Assembly: GCA_966211495.1 (NCBI GenBank)
Contig: CBIHOT010000020.1
Location: 5,188 to 69,187, forward strand
Reading direction: 5' to 3'
Origin: an uncultured Roseateles sp.
Lineage (GTDB): Bacteria > Pseudomonadota > Gammaproteobacteria > Burkholderiales > Burkholderiaceae_C
DNA length: 64,000 nucleotides
Program-made: the position numbers and the translations under genes
Notes under the pieces: generated by a model
Database searches by the model: none
What the model saw: only the letters and a program-made list of their open reading frames with translations
What the model was told of the DNA's origin: nothing
In this document: positions 37,812 to 46,292 of the stretch, piece by piece
How positions within the stretch are numbered: the stretch's first letter is position 1
How the letters are laid out: every line of letters starts with the position of its first letter

Positions 37812-37911
37812 CGGAAAGGGAGGGGCCAGGTGCCATTTGCGTAAGTCAAGGGGGAGGCCCCGAAGGGGACGGAGGACATGGAGCAAATGGTGCCTGGCCC
37901 CTCCCTTTCCG
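37812..37911 (+). ncRNA. Long inverted repeat / candidate structured RNA element (28-30 bp stem, 42-nt loop)
   Basis: Arms 37813-37840 and 37883-37910 are complementary at 26 of 28 positions. The two exceptions are U-G and G-U wobble pairs on the + strand only. The loop is purine-rich and no U-tract follows. Confidence 0.6.
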
Positions 37912-38012
37912 GTGCATGCCACAGCGACACGACGCCGGACCCCGGGGAACGTAACGCCCGTTACCCACATCCCCCGCATCCCGCAGAATCAGGCAAGCAC
38001 AATCCGTCGCCA

Positions 38013-39470
38013 ATGCCTCCCCCCAAGTCCCCCACCGAGCTCCGCATCGAGCTGCACCCAAGCGGCATTCGCATCGGCCCGAATGAGCCCCTCCTGCGCA
38101 GCCGCCTGCTCCCCCGCCTGATCGCCGCCCTGCTGCAGGCGCATCAAGACGGCCTGGCCCGTCGCGACAGTCCTTGCAGCCGCGCGGAACTCTGCGCCCG
38201 CATGGCCGGCATGGCCGAACTCCACCGCACCCAGGTCTGGCGGGCCATGGCGCAACTGGCCCACACCCCGCTGGCGCCGCTCATCGCCGCCCACACCCCC
38301 AGCGGCGGCCCCTTCTGGCTGCACGACCCGCTCCTCACCCGCTGCCACTTCGTCCTCGACACCGGCGCCCCCGCCCAAGGCGCCGCCCTGGCCGAATGGC
38401 TCGGTCAACGCTCCACTGCGCCCCTCCAGGCCGCCACCGCGCTGCTCCCCTGGTCCTACACCGAAGCCCTCGCCCGCGCCGACCACCTGCTCGACCGCGG
38501 TGAGCTCTACCCCGCACGCCTTGCCCTCCAACAAGCCGAACCGCACCAGCCCGCCGACGATCCCCTCGCCGCCGCAGCGCTGGGCTGGCGCCGCGCCCGC
38601 ATTGCCCGCCGCCTGGGCGACTGGGGCGCCCTGCAGGACGAACTGCGCGACCTGTCCCAGACCCTCAACGACCCACGCCTCGCCGCGCCCGAGCGTCAGC
38701 AACTCCAGGCCCGCATCGCCATCCTGGCCGCCTGGCACTGGTATGGAAGCCTTGGCCAACCCGCCGCCGCCCTGGCCCGACTCGACGAGGTCCCACCCGC
38801 CGCCCTCGCCTTCGACCCCACCCTGCGCTGCGACCACGGCAACCTGCGCGGCATCGCCCTGCGGGAACTGGCACTGGCGCAATCCGACGCGGCCCTCGCC
38901 AGCGCCTCCGTCGCGGCCCTCGGTGACGCGCTGCGCAGCGCCTCCCTCGCCGGCCTGCCGGATGCCTTGCAGATCTGCGCCGCCAATCTCTCCCACGGCA
39001 TCGGCCAGCTCGCCCATGCGGGCCTGCTCGGCAACGCCGCCAGCCTCGACGATGCGCTGCGCTGGCTGCTCCTGAGTGATGCCATCTGCACCCGATGGCA
39101 ACTGGGCCGCAGCTCGCTGCTCAACACCATTTTCCTGCTGCGGCTGTGCGGACTCGGCGGCTGGCGCTTCTCCACGGTGCGTCGCATGGCCGAGGCCGCC
39201 GGCCAGCCGCTGCAGGCCGACTCCTACGCCGCCCTCGCCGCCCAGCGCTGGGAGGCCTGCCGCGGCCGGCAGTCGCAGATTCCGGCTGACCAGCGCTCTG
39301 CCTTCCTGCTGCTGTGGGCCCGCCACGCCGCCGCCGAATGCGACAGCTTCACCGCTGCGGACCTCATCCGCCAGGCGCGGCTGCAGGCTCGCAAACTGCG
39401 CGACCCGCAAGCCCGCCAGCGCTATCTCGACGAGGCCGCCGAACTCAGTCAGCAGGCGCAACGCGCGTAA
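38013..39470 (+). CDS. Hypothetical all-helical protein, possibly an N-terminal winged-helix-like region plus TPR-like repeats; start uncertain
   Basis: Track ORF starts at 37878, inside the hairpin, where third-position GC is low. Host-like codon bias begins around ATG 38013 (MPPPKSPTELRIEL). The Ala/Leu/Arg-rich repetitive helical sequence has no motif I can name. Confidence 0.6.
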   Translation: MPPPKSPTELRIELHPSGIRIGPNEPLLRSRLLPRLIAALLQAHQDGLARRDSPCSRAELCARMAGMAELHRTQVWRAMAQLAHTPLAPLIAAHTPSGGPFWLHDPLLTRCHFVLDTGAPAQGAALAEWLGQRSTAPLQAATALLPWSYTEALARADHLLDRGELYPARLALQQAEPHQPADDPLAAAALGWRRARIARRLGDWGALQDELRDLSQTLNDPRLAAPERQQLQARIAILAAWHWYGSLGQPAAALARLDEVPPAALAFDPTLRCDHGNLRGIALRELALAQSDAALASASVAALGDALRSASLAGLPDALQICAANLSHGIGQLAHAGLLGNAASLDDALRWLLLSDAICTRWQLGRSSLLNTIFLLRLCGLGGWRFSTVRRMAEAAGQPLQADSYAALAAQRWEACRGRQSQIPADQRSAFLLLWARHAAAECDSFTAADLIRQARLQARKLRDPQARQRYLDEAAELSQQAQRA

Positions 39471-39545
39471 CCGCAGATTGGCCCCCGGTCGGGCCGTCGC
39501 GAAGGAACACTGCGGCTCTCATCGACACCTCACAGGGAGCCTCTC

Positions 39546-40517
39546 ATGAACACTGTCGCCTCGACATTCGCCCCCACGCCGACTTCTTCATCCACGGCGG
39601 ACGCGGCGCGGGCCACACAGGCCCCGCGTCGCAGCACCTTCCCCCTGCTCGCCGCCCTCACCGCAGCGCTGACCTTCGGCCCGATCTTCATCGCCCTCAC
39701 CGGCTGCAAGGCTGCCAGCGCCCAGTCCCTCGCGGCCAGCGCGCCCGCCGTCACGCCAGCGCCGACCTCGGACCCTCGCGAACGCTGGACGACCCGCCCC
39801 GAGCTCCAGCGCCGCTTCGACGCCCTCAACACCCGTGGCACCCTGGTCCTGATGGACTCGGCTTCCCGCGAATGGATGGCCTCGGATGCCGCCCGCGCCT
39901 ACACGCCCTACCTTCCGGCCTCCACCTTCAAGATCCCCATGACCCTGATCGCCCTGGAGACCGGCGCGGCCCAGGACGACAACACCCGCTTCGCCTGGGA
40001 CGGCCAGCAGCGGCGCCTGCGCGACTGGAACCAGGACCAGACCCTCGCCAGCGCCTACAGGGTGTCCGCCGTCTGGGTCTTCCAGCGTCTGGCGCGCACC
40101 GTCGGCCAGCCCACCGTGCAGCAGTTCCTCTACGACTTCCGCTATGGCAATGCCAAGGCCGGCCCGGTCGGCGACACCTTCTGGCTGGAGGGCGACCTGC
40201 GCATCAGCGCGGTCGGGCAGATCGATTTCCTGCGGCGACTGCACGACCATGAACTGCCACTGTCCGACGCCACCTATGCCACCGCCCGCAAGGTGATGCG
40301 CCGCGATACCGGCCCGGGCTGGACCCTGTTTGCCAAGACCGGCTGGGGCGACGCGACCACGCCGGCGGTCGGCTGGTTCGTCGGCTGGCTGGAGCGGGAC
40401 CGCGATCCGCGCCCGGTCTACTTCGCGCTCAACATGGACATGCTGCGCGATGAGCTCGGTCCGCAGCGCGAGGCCGTCGTGAAGGACAGTCTGCGCGCAC
40501 TCGGCTACCTGGACTGA
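39546..40517 (+). CDS. Class D (OXA-type) beta-lactamase, predicted lipoprotein
   Basis: Active-site motifs are STFK, SAV, YGN and KTGWG, plus FWLEGDLRIS. The long N-terminus ends in the lipobox IALTGC. An SD (GGGAG) lies 7 nt upstream of the ATG. Confidence 0.88.
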   Translation: MNTVASTFAPTPTSSSTADAARATQAPRRSTFPLLAALTAALTFGPIFIALTGCKAASAQSLAASAPAVTPAPTSDPRERWTTRPELQRRFDALNTRGTLVLMDSASREWMASDAARAYTPYLPASTFKIPMTLIALETGAAQDDNTRFAWDGQQRRLRDWNQDQTLASAYRVSAVWVFQRLARTVGQPTVQQFLYDFRYGNAKAGPVGDTFWLEGDLRISAVGQIDFLRRLHDHELPLSDATYATARKVMRRDTGPGWTLFAKTGWGDATTPAVGWFVGWLERDRDPRPVYFALNMDMLRDELGPQREAVVKDSLRALGYLD

Positions 40518-40620
40518 TCAGCGCTTCGGAGTCGCTGGGTTTGATCGATCCCTCCGCCCGCGCGCGGCCGGATGGCCGATACTCCCTCGCGTCATTCATT
40601 TCCGCAGGCAGGTGCCCACC

Positions 40621-41148
40621 ATGAAGTTGTTCCCTTCCTTGTCCGCTTTCCGCATGACCCCGCGCCGCAAGACGGCCCTGCGGGCGGCCCTCCCCGCGGT
40701 GATGCTGGCCGTCGCCGGCCCGGTGCTGGCGCAGGTCACCGTCACCACGCCCTGGGTGCGGGCCACGGTGGCCCAGCAGTCGTCCACCGGCGCCTTCATG
40801 CAGCTGAAATCGGCCAAGGCGGTGAAGCTGGTGTCGGTCAGCACACCGATGGCCGGCATCGTCGAAGTGCATGAGATGGCGATGGACGGCCAGGTGATGC
40901 GCATGCGCGCCGTGCCCGCGCTGGAGCTGCCCGCCGACAAGACGGTCGAGCTCAAGCCCGCCGGCTATCACGTCATGCTGATGGACCTGAAGGGCCAGGT
41001 GAAGGCCGGAGACACCGTGCCGCTGACGCTGGTCTTCGAAGGCGCGGACCAGAAGCGCGAAACGGTGCAGGTCAAGGCCACGGTGAAGCCGCTCGGCGCC
41101 CCGATGCCGATGGACGATCACGGCGGACACGGTGGTCACCAGCACTGA
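40621..41148 (+). CDS. Periplasmic copper chaperone PCu(A)C (DUF461)
   Basis: Signal peptide, then …PWVRATV…GAFMQL… and the H(M)x10Mx21HxM-type region VEVHEMAMDGQVMRMR…GYHVMLMDL. The tail MPMDDHGGHGGHQH is His-rich. Confidence 0.88.
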   Translation: MKLFPSLSAFRMTPRRKTALRAALPAVMLAVAGPVLAQVTVTTPWVRATVAQQSSTGAFMQLKSAKAVKLVSVSTPMAGIVEVHEMAMDGQVMRMRAVPALELPADKTVELKPAGYHVMLMDLKGQVKAGDTVPLTLVFEGADQKRETVQVKATVKPLGAPMPMDDHGGHGGHQH

Positions 41149-41262
41149 GCCTCAGCGCGGCGTCCGGCACCGCTCAGGGCACTGAGCGGCAGCCGTTGTC
41201 AGCCGCCGCGGTGGCCTCGGCCATGGGCGTCTGGCCTTGCCCATGGAGGCGGCCCACCCATG

Positions 41263-42213
41263 TCAGCCGCGGCGCCCACCTGGCTTCGCCAGCCCCGCCG
41301 CAAGATGGTCGACCAGCGCCTTGATGCGCTGCGGCATGAAGCGCTGGCTGGGCATCAGCGCATGCAGCGGCATCGGGCGGCCGACCCACTCGGGCAGCAC
41401 CTCCACCAGCGCCCCGCTGGCCAGACTCTCCCGCACATCCAGCTCGCTCTTGTAGGTCAGTCCCCGGCCTTCCAGCGCCCACAGATGGGCGATGCCACCA
41501 TCATCCGCCGTGCGTCGCCCCTGCACCGCCACATCCACGGCGGGCCCGCCCAGTTGATCCTTGCGCCAGAACTTCCACTGCCGCTCCAGCCGGTCGCCGA
41601 TCTTGAAGCGGATGCACTCATGGCCGGACGCCAGGTCCTGCGGATGCTGCGGCCGCCCATGGCGCTTCAGGTAGTCCGGTGACCCCACCAGCAAGCGCCG
41701 CCCGTCAAACAAGCGCCGCGCCACCAGCCGCGAGTCGGCCAGCTCCCCATACCGCAGGGCCACGTCCACCTCGTCCCGCACCACATCCTGCAAGCCGTCG
41801 CCCACATTCAGATGCAGTTCCACGCCGGGATGCCGCTCCAGGAACGCGTCCAGCAGGGGCAACACCACCCGCCGGGTCAGGTCACTCGACGCACTGACCC
41901 GAATGCGCCCCCGCAGCACCGGCGTCGCCGCCTTGCCCTGGGTCGGCTCCCCTTCATGGAGCTGCGCCAGCCCTTCATCCAGCAGCTCCAGGGCGCGCTG
42001 GGCGTAATCCCGCAAGCGTTCACCGGCGGCGGTCAGGCGCAGCGCCCGGGTGCTGCGCTCCACCAGCCGCGCGCCCAGCCGGGCCTCCAGCTTCTTGAGC
42101 ATGGCGCTCGCAGCCGCAGGGGTGATGTTCATGACCTTGGAGGCCGCCGTCAGGCTGCCGCCGCGGGCGCATTCGACCAGCAGTCTCAGCTCGGCGGTAT
42201 TTTCAATTTCCAT
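41263..42213 (-). CDS. LysR family transcriptional regulator
   Basis: N-terminal HTH (LRLLVECARGGSLTAASKVMNITPAAASAMLKKLEARLG) plus a LysR substrate-binding domain. It is divergent from the oxidoreductase gene. Confidence 0.92.
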   Translation of the reverse strand: MEIENTAELRLLVECARGGSLTAASKVMNITPAAASAMLKKLEARLGARLVERSTRALRLTAAGERLRDYAQRALELLDEGLAQLHEGEPTQGKAATPVLRGRIRVSASSDLTRRVVLPLLDAFLERHPGVELHLNVGDGLQDVVRDEVDVALRYGELADSRLVARRLFDGRRLLVGSPDYLKRHGRPQHPQDLASGHECIRFKIGDRLERQWKFWRKDQLGGPAVDVAVQGRRTADDGGIAHLWALEGRGLTYKSELDVRESLASGALVEVLPEWVGRPMPLHALMPSQRFMPQRIKALVDHLAAGLAKPGGRRG

Positions 42214-42296
42214 TTAAAACTGATAGCGATTGAACTGACTTCATTGATTGTGCTCAAAGGGGGAGGATGCCGCTTGTTGTAATGCTGGAGTCCCTC

Positions 42297-43325
42297 ATGA
42301 AAGCTGTTGGTTACCTCAAGAATCTGCCCATCTCCGACACTGAGTCGCTGATCGACCTGGAAGTGCCCATGCCGCAGGCCGGTCCGAACGATCTGTTGGT
42401 GGAAATCTCGGCGGTGGCCGTCAATCCGGTGGACACCAAGATCCGCAAGAGCCGCCCCGCCGCAGACGGCGCCCCGGTGGTGCTGGGCTGGGACGCCGTG
42501 GGCCAGGTGCGCGCCATGGGTCCGCAGGTGAAGGGGTTCGCCGTGGGGGATCGCGTCTGGTATGCGGGCGACCTCACCCGCATGGGCAGCAATGCGCAAT
42601 TCCAGGCCGTGGACCACCGCATCGTCAGCCGCGCGCCCACTTCGCTCAGCGACGCCGAAGCCGCCGCCCTGCCGCTGACCGCCATCACCGCCTGGGAACT
42701 GCTGCATGACCGCCTGCAGGTGAACCGCGACAGCCGTCCGGTCAGCCTGCTGGTGACCGGCGCCGCGGGCGGCGTGGGCTCCATCCTCGTCCAACTGGCG
42801 CGGCAGTCACCGCATCTGACCGTCATCGGCACCAGTTCCGATCCGGACGGCGCCGGGGGCGACTGGCTGCGTCAACTGGGGGCTCATCACGTCATCAACC
42901 ACCGCCAGCCGCTCGCGCCGCAGATCGCCGCTCTGCAGGCGCAAGGCGTGGCCCCGGTGCGGCATGTGGCGAGCCTCACCCACACTCCGGAGCACTTCAA
43001 GGACCTGGTGGAACTGCTGGAACCGCAAGGCCAGCTCGCGCTCATCGACGACTTCGGCGCGGGGGACATCGACGTCATGGCGCTCAAGCGCAAGGCCCTC
43101 TCGCTGCATTGGGAATTGATGTTCACCCGGAGTCTGTTCACCACACACGACATCGCCGAGCAGGGTCGCCTGCTGGCGGAAGTGGCGCGACTGGTGGATG
43201 CAGGCCAGGTGCGCACCACCCTGGCTGAAGTGGTGGGCCCGATCAACGCCGCCACGCTGCGGCGCGCGCACGAATTGCAGGAGCGTCAGCGGCAGCAGGG
43301 CAAGCTCGTGCTTCAGGGTTTCTGA
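42297..43325 (+). CDS. Zinc-binding alcohol dehydrogenase / quinone oxidoreductase family protein (MDR superfamily)
   Basis: Track ORF starts at 42267. The sequence is MKAVGY…NPVDTKIR… with the Rossmann motif LVTGAAGGVGS. Confidence 0.88.
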   Translation: MKAVGYLKNLPISDTESLIDLEVPMPQAGPNDLLVEISAVAVNPVDTKIRKSRPAADGAPVVLGWDAVGQVRAMGPQVKGFAVGDRVWYAGDLTRMGSNAQFQAVDHRIVSRAPTSLSDAEAAALPLTAITAWELLHDRLQVNRDSRPVSLLVTGAAGGVGSILVQLARQSPHLTVIGTSSDPDGAGGDWLRQLGAHHVINHRQPLAPQIAALQAQGVAPVRHVASLTHTPEHFKDLVELLEPQGQLALIDDFGAGDIDVMALKRKALSLHWELMFTRSLFTTHDIAEQGRLLAEVARLVDAGQVRTTLAEVVGPINAATLRRAHELQERQRQQGKLVLQGF

Positions 43326-43459
43326 GTAGGTCCGATTCGTGAAACCTTACCGCCTCCTGACAAGGAGGCGGACCACTCAGGGGAAATCCTGGGTGACCGC
43401 AGTGCGCACAGCAGCGATACCTGAGCCCCTCGAAAAACAATGCCGGGACGGCGAGGGAA

Positions 43460-44587
43460 ATGCGGATGAGTGCTCGACTGCTGGGAGCGGATGCGGCGCA
43501 TGGCGATGCGTATAAGGACGGGCTTGAAGGCGCGCGCAAGGATGGCCGCCAACCTACCTGTCAATGGGCCTCTCCACGTGCCAGCGCATCGGCGGATGGC
43601 GCTGGTCGCCGGCGACCGCTGTGGTGGCAGATGCTCGCAGCTGCTGCAGGTTTCAGCGCGCTGGCCTCGACCGCGCAAGCCGCCACCATCGGCGTCATCC
43701 TGCCCGGCAGCTGGCCCAGCGTGCAGCAGGCGGAAGCCCTTCAGCAGGGCATGACCCTCGCCCTCAAGACCTGGCCCGGTGATTCGGTGCCCACTCTCAT
43801 CGTCAAGGACAGCGCCTGCGATGCCCACAAGGCGGAGCAGGCGGCCGACGCCTTGATCCAGGCCAAGGTCGATATCGTGCTGGGCAACTGGTGCGAAATC
43901 GGCAACGGCGCCGACCGGCTCAAGGCCGCCGGCATTCCGCTCATCTCCAGCAACGCCGAACGGGTGCCGGGCAAGGAGCTGCAGGTGCAGCTGGGCCGCA
44001 TCGAGCTGTATGCGGCCGAACGCATCGCCACCGAGCTGCGCCGCGAGACCGGCCTGCGCATCAGCGCGCGGACCTCCTGCTGGCTGGACTTTGAAGCCAC
44101 GCTGAGCGAGCGGGTGGATGCGGTGCTGTGCCCCGTCCTGACAGTGGACAAGACCCGCTGGGACCAGGTGGCCAACACCTACACCGCCGCCTTCCGCAAG
44201 CCGATCACGCCGTCCGCCGCACGGGGTTATGCGGCGATGGAACTGGCGCTGAACTACCTGCGTCGCGCCAAGGGCGGCAAGACCACCGCGGCCCTGAAAG
44301 ACACGCAAAGCGCCTCCACATTGCTGGGCCCGGTGCCGGCACTGGATGCACCCGCCCCCACCACCGCCCTGCAACTGGTGTTTTCGTCGCACCTGCCCAA
44401 GATGAGTCCGCAGCAGGCGCAGACGCTGGACAAGCTGGTCAAGTCCAAGGGCTGCGGCTGCCCGGGCGGCACGCTGCGGGACGGTTGCCCCAAGGACGGC
44501 AGCCCGTGGAGCGACATGCCGTTCGTCGTGCGCGGCGGCGGCACCCCGGCTGCCTGCGCGGCGGCCATCGGCGTTCTGGAGCTGTGA
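43460..44587 (+). CDS. Periplasmic-binding-protein type I-like protein (LivK/LpoA-like fold), Cys-rich C-terminus; start uncertain
   Basis: ATIGVILPGS…LIVKDSACD…AKVDIVLGNW resembles Leu/Ile/Val-type binding proteins. The putative signal region is RRRPLWWQMLAAAAGFSALASTAQA. No ABC permease or ATPase is nearby. Confidence 0.55.
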   Translation: MRMSARLLGADAAHGDAYKDGLEGARKDGRQPTCQWASPRASASADGAGRRRPLWWQMLAAAAGFSALASTAQAATIGVILPGSWPSVQQAEALQQGMTLALKTWPGDSVPTLIVKDSACDAHKAEQAADALIQAKVDIVLGNWCEIGNGADRLKAAGIPLISSNAERVPGKELQVQLGRIELYAAERIATELRRETGLRISARTSCWLDFEATLSERVDAVLCPVLTVDKTRWDQVANTYTAAFRKPITPSAARGYAAMELALNYLRRAKGGKTTAALKDTQSASTLLGPVPALDAPAPTTALQLVFSSHLPKMSPQQAQTLDKLVKSKGCGCPGGTLRDGCPKDGSPWSDMPFVVRGGGTPAACAAAIGVLEL

Positions 44588-44671
44588 CGCGGCACGGGTC
44601 CTGGACTCGTTCCAGACTCGTCCTATAGTGCGGGCTGTGGCGCCTGGCGGCGCTGAAGCACTGCACGAGGA

Positions 44672-45427
44672 ATGTCCATGGTCAAAAAGGTGAAGAAGAC
44701 TGCCGGCAGCGCCCCCGCTGCGGAGGCTGCGCCGGCAGGTGCCGGGCTGCTGGACAGTCAGTTCGGTCAGCTCGTCAAGGAGTCGGCCCAGCAGATCTGG
44801 TCCGCCGGGCTGGCGGCCTTTGCCAAGGCGCAGAACAACAGCGGCAAGGCCTTCGACAGCCTGGCGGAAGAAGGCGCCCGCATCCAGAAGAAGACGCAGG
44901 CCAGCACGGAAGAGCGGCTGGGCGCGGTCGCGTCCCGCATGTCCGACATGGCCGGTGAGGTCGGCACCCGGGCGGGTCAGCACTGGGACAAGCTGGAATC
45001 GATTTTTGAAGATCGGGTGGCGCGGGCGCTGAACCGTCTGGGCGTGCCTTCGGCGCAGGACGTGGCCGCGCTGCATGCGCGGCTGGATGCGTTGACGCAA
45101 GCGCTGCAGGCGCAGGGCGGTCAGGGGCCAGCGGCTGGGGTGGCCCCGGCGGCTGCGGTTGCGAAGGCCCCCCGCAAGAGCGCGGCTCTGCCGACCCCGC
45201 TCACCAAAGCGGTGAAAGCGGCCAAGACGGCCAAGGCCGCGAAAGCGACCCCAGCGGCGCAGCCAGCGACAGCAAGCAAGGCCAGCAAGCCCCAAAAGAC
45301 CAAGGCTGCTGGCGTCAAGGCTTCCAGCAGCAAGGCTCCCACCAAAGCCGCTGCCAAGTCCGCCACCCGCGCAGCGTCGAGCCAGACAGCGCCCGGCAAG
45401 AAGTCGGCGCCGCGCACCAAGCGCTGA
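44672..45427 (+). CDS. PHA granule-associated protein (PhaF/phasin-like N-domain) with a histone H1-like Ala/Lys/Pro tail
   Basis: LVKESAQQIWSAGLAAFAKAQ…FDSLAEEGARIQKK…WDKLESIFEDRVARALNRLGVPSAQDVAALHARLDAL matches the PHA granule-associated family. The C-terminus is AKxAKxAK-rich. The second ATG (44678) has better spacing from GAGG. Confidence 0.8.
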   Translation: MSMVKKVKKTAGSAPAAEAAPAGAGLLDSQFGQLVKESAQQIWSAGLAAFAKAQNNSGKAFDSLAEEGARIQKKTQASTEERLGAVASRMSDMAGEVGTRAGQHWDKLESIFEDRVARALNRLGVPSAQDVAALHARLDALTQALQAQGGQGPAAGVAPAAAVAKAPRKSAALPTPLTKAVKAAKTAKAAKATPAAQPATASKASKPQKTKAAGVKASSSKAPTKAAAKSATRAASSQTAPGKKSAPRTKR

Positions 45428-45680
45428 GTCCCTGCAACCCCTGACCCTTCCGGAGCCAGGGTCAGGTGGTGACCAGCCGCTGCACCCAGCGGCCGCATTG
45501 CGCGTCCGACCGCGCCCCGACCGCATCTCGCACACCCGCCCAACCGCGGCGTGCACTCCATCACGATCCACACCGGCACCCCCATCGCACAGGGGGATGC
45601 CGGCGATCGCCGGCGCTCGAACAATCCCACACAAGTTCCGCGGACCTTGGGTCCGCTCTCTCGAATCCTTCCGGACCCTC

Positions 45681-46292
45681 ATGAAGCGCCTTCTTGCTGC
45701 CGCCCTCGTTGCCCTCCCGTTCGCAGCTTTCGCTGCCACCGACGACAACCTGCTGACCAACGGCAGCTTCGAATCCAACGTGCTGCGCAATGGCTCCTGG
45801 GCCACTTTCGGCCGCATCGAAGGCTGGACCGTCGGCAGCAAGGGCGTGGAAGTCCGCAACAACGTTTCCGGCACCGCCCTGGACGGCCGCAACTTCGTTG
45901 AACTGGACACCACCGGCAACAGCAGCATCAGCCAGAGCTTTGCCACCGTCGCCGGCTACACCTATGAACTGAGCTTCGCCTACGCCAACCGCAGCGACAA
46001 CCGCGGCGCGGCCAGCGACGGCCTCTGGTGGAGCGTGGGCAGCCTGTCCGGCGCCGTGGGCCAGAACACCAACACCCACTGGACCACCTACACCACCAGC
46101 TTCGTCGGCACCGGCAGCCCGATGACCCTGAGCTTCGCCGCCATCGGCCGCAGCGACTCCTTCGGCACCTCGCTGGACAACGTCCAGCTCAGCGTGCTGT
46201 CCACCGTGCCGGAACCGCACGGTTATGCACTGATGCTGGCGGGCCTGGGCACCGTTGGTCTGCTGTCGCGTCGTCGCCGCCGCAGCGTCTGA
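45681..46292 (+). CDS. PEP-CTERM sorting-domain protein with a DUF642/CBM-like domain
   Basis: Track ORF starts at 45498. It has the signal peptide MKRLLAAALVALPFAAFA, then NLLTNGSFE…EGW…FVELD. The C-terminal VPEPHGYALMLAGLGTVGLLSRRRRR is a canonical PEP-CTERM anchor. Confidence 0.88.
   Translation: MKRLLAAALVALPFAAFAATDDNLLTNGSFESNVLRNGSWATFGRIEGWTVGSKGVEVRNNVSGTALDGRNFVELDTTGNSSISQSFATVAGYTYELSFAYANRSDNRGAASDGLWWSVGSLSGAVGQNTNTHWTTYTTSFVGTGSPMTLSFAAIGRSDSFGTSLDNVQLSVLSTVPEPHGYALMLAGLGTVGLLSRRRRRSV

Noticed and set aside
37878-38012. The track's ATG at 37878 as the start of the 530-aa ORF, with GGAGGA just upstream.
   Set aside because: The SD-to-ATG spacing is only 1-2 nt, and the ATG lies in the loop of the large hairpin. 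The first 45 codons include the hairpin's 3' arm and have noticeably more A/T third positions than the rest of the gene. I prefer ATG 38013, but this is not settled.
43313-45946. An 877-aa minus-strand ORF spanning three + strand genes and their spacers.
   Set aside because: It has no recognisable motif and an extreme Arg/Gly/Ala composition. It runs antisense to a PhaF-like gene and a PEP-CTERM gene, both of which have clear family signatures. It also crosses intergenic regions, so I treat it as a high-GC artefact.
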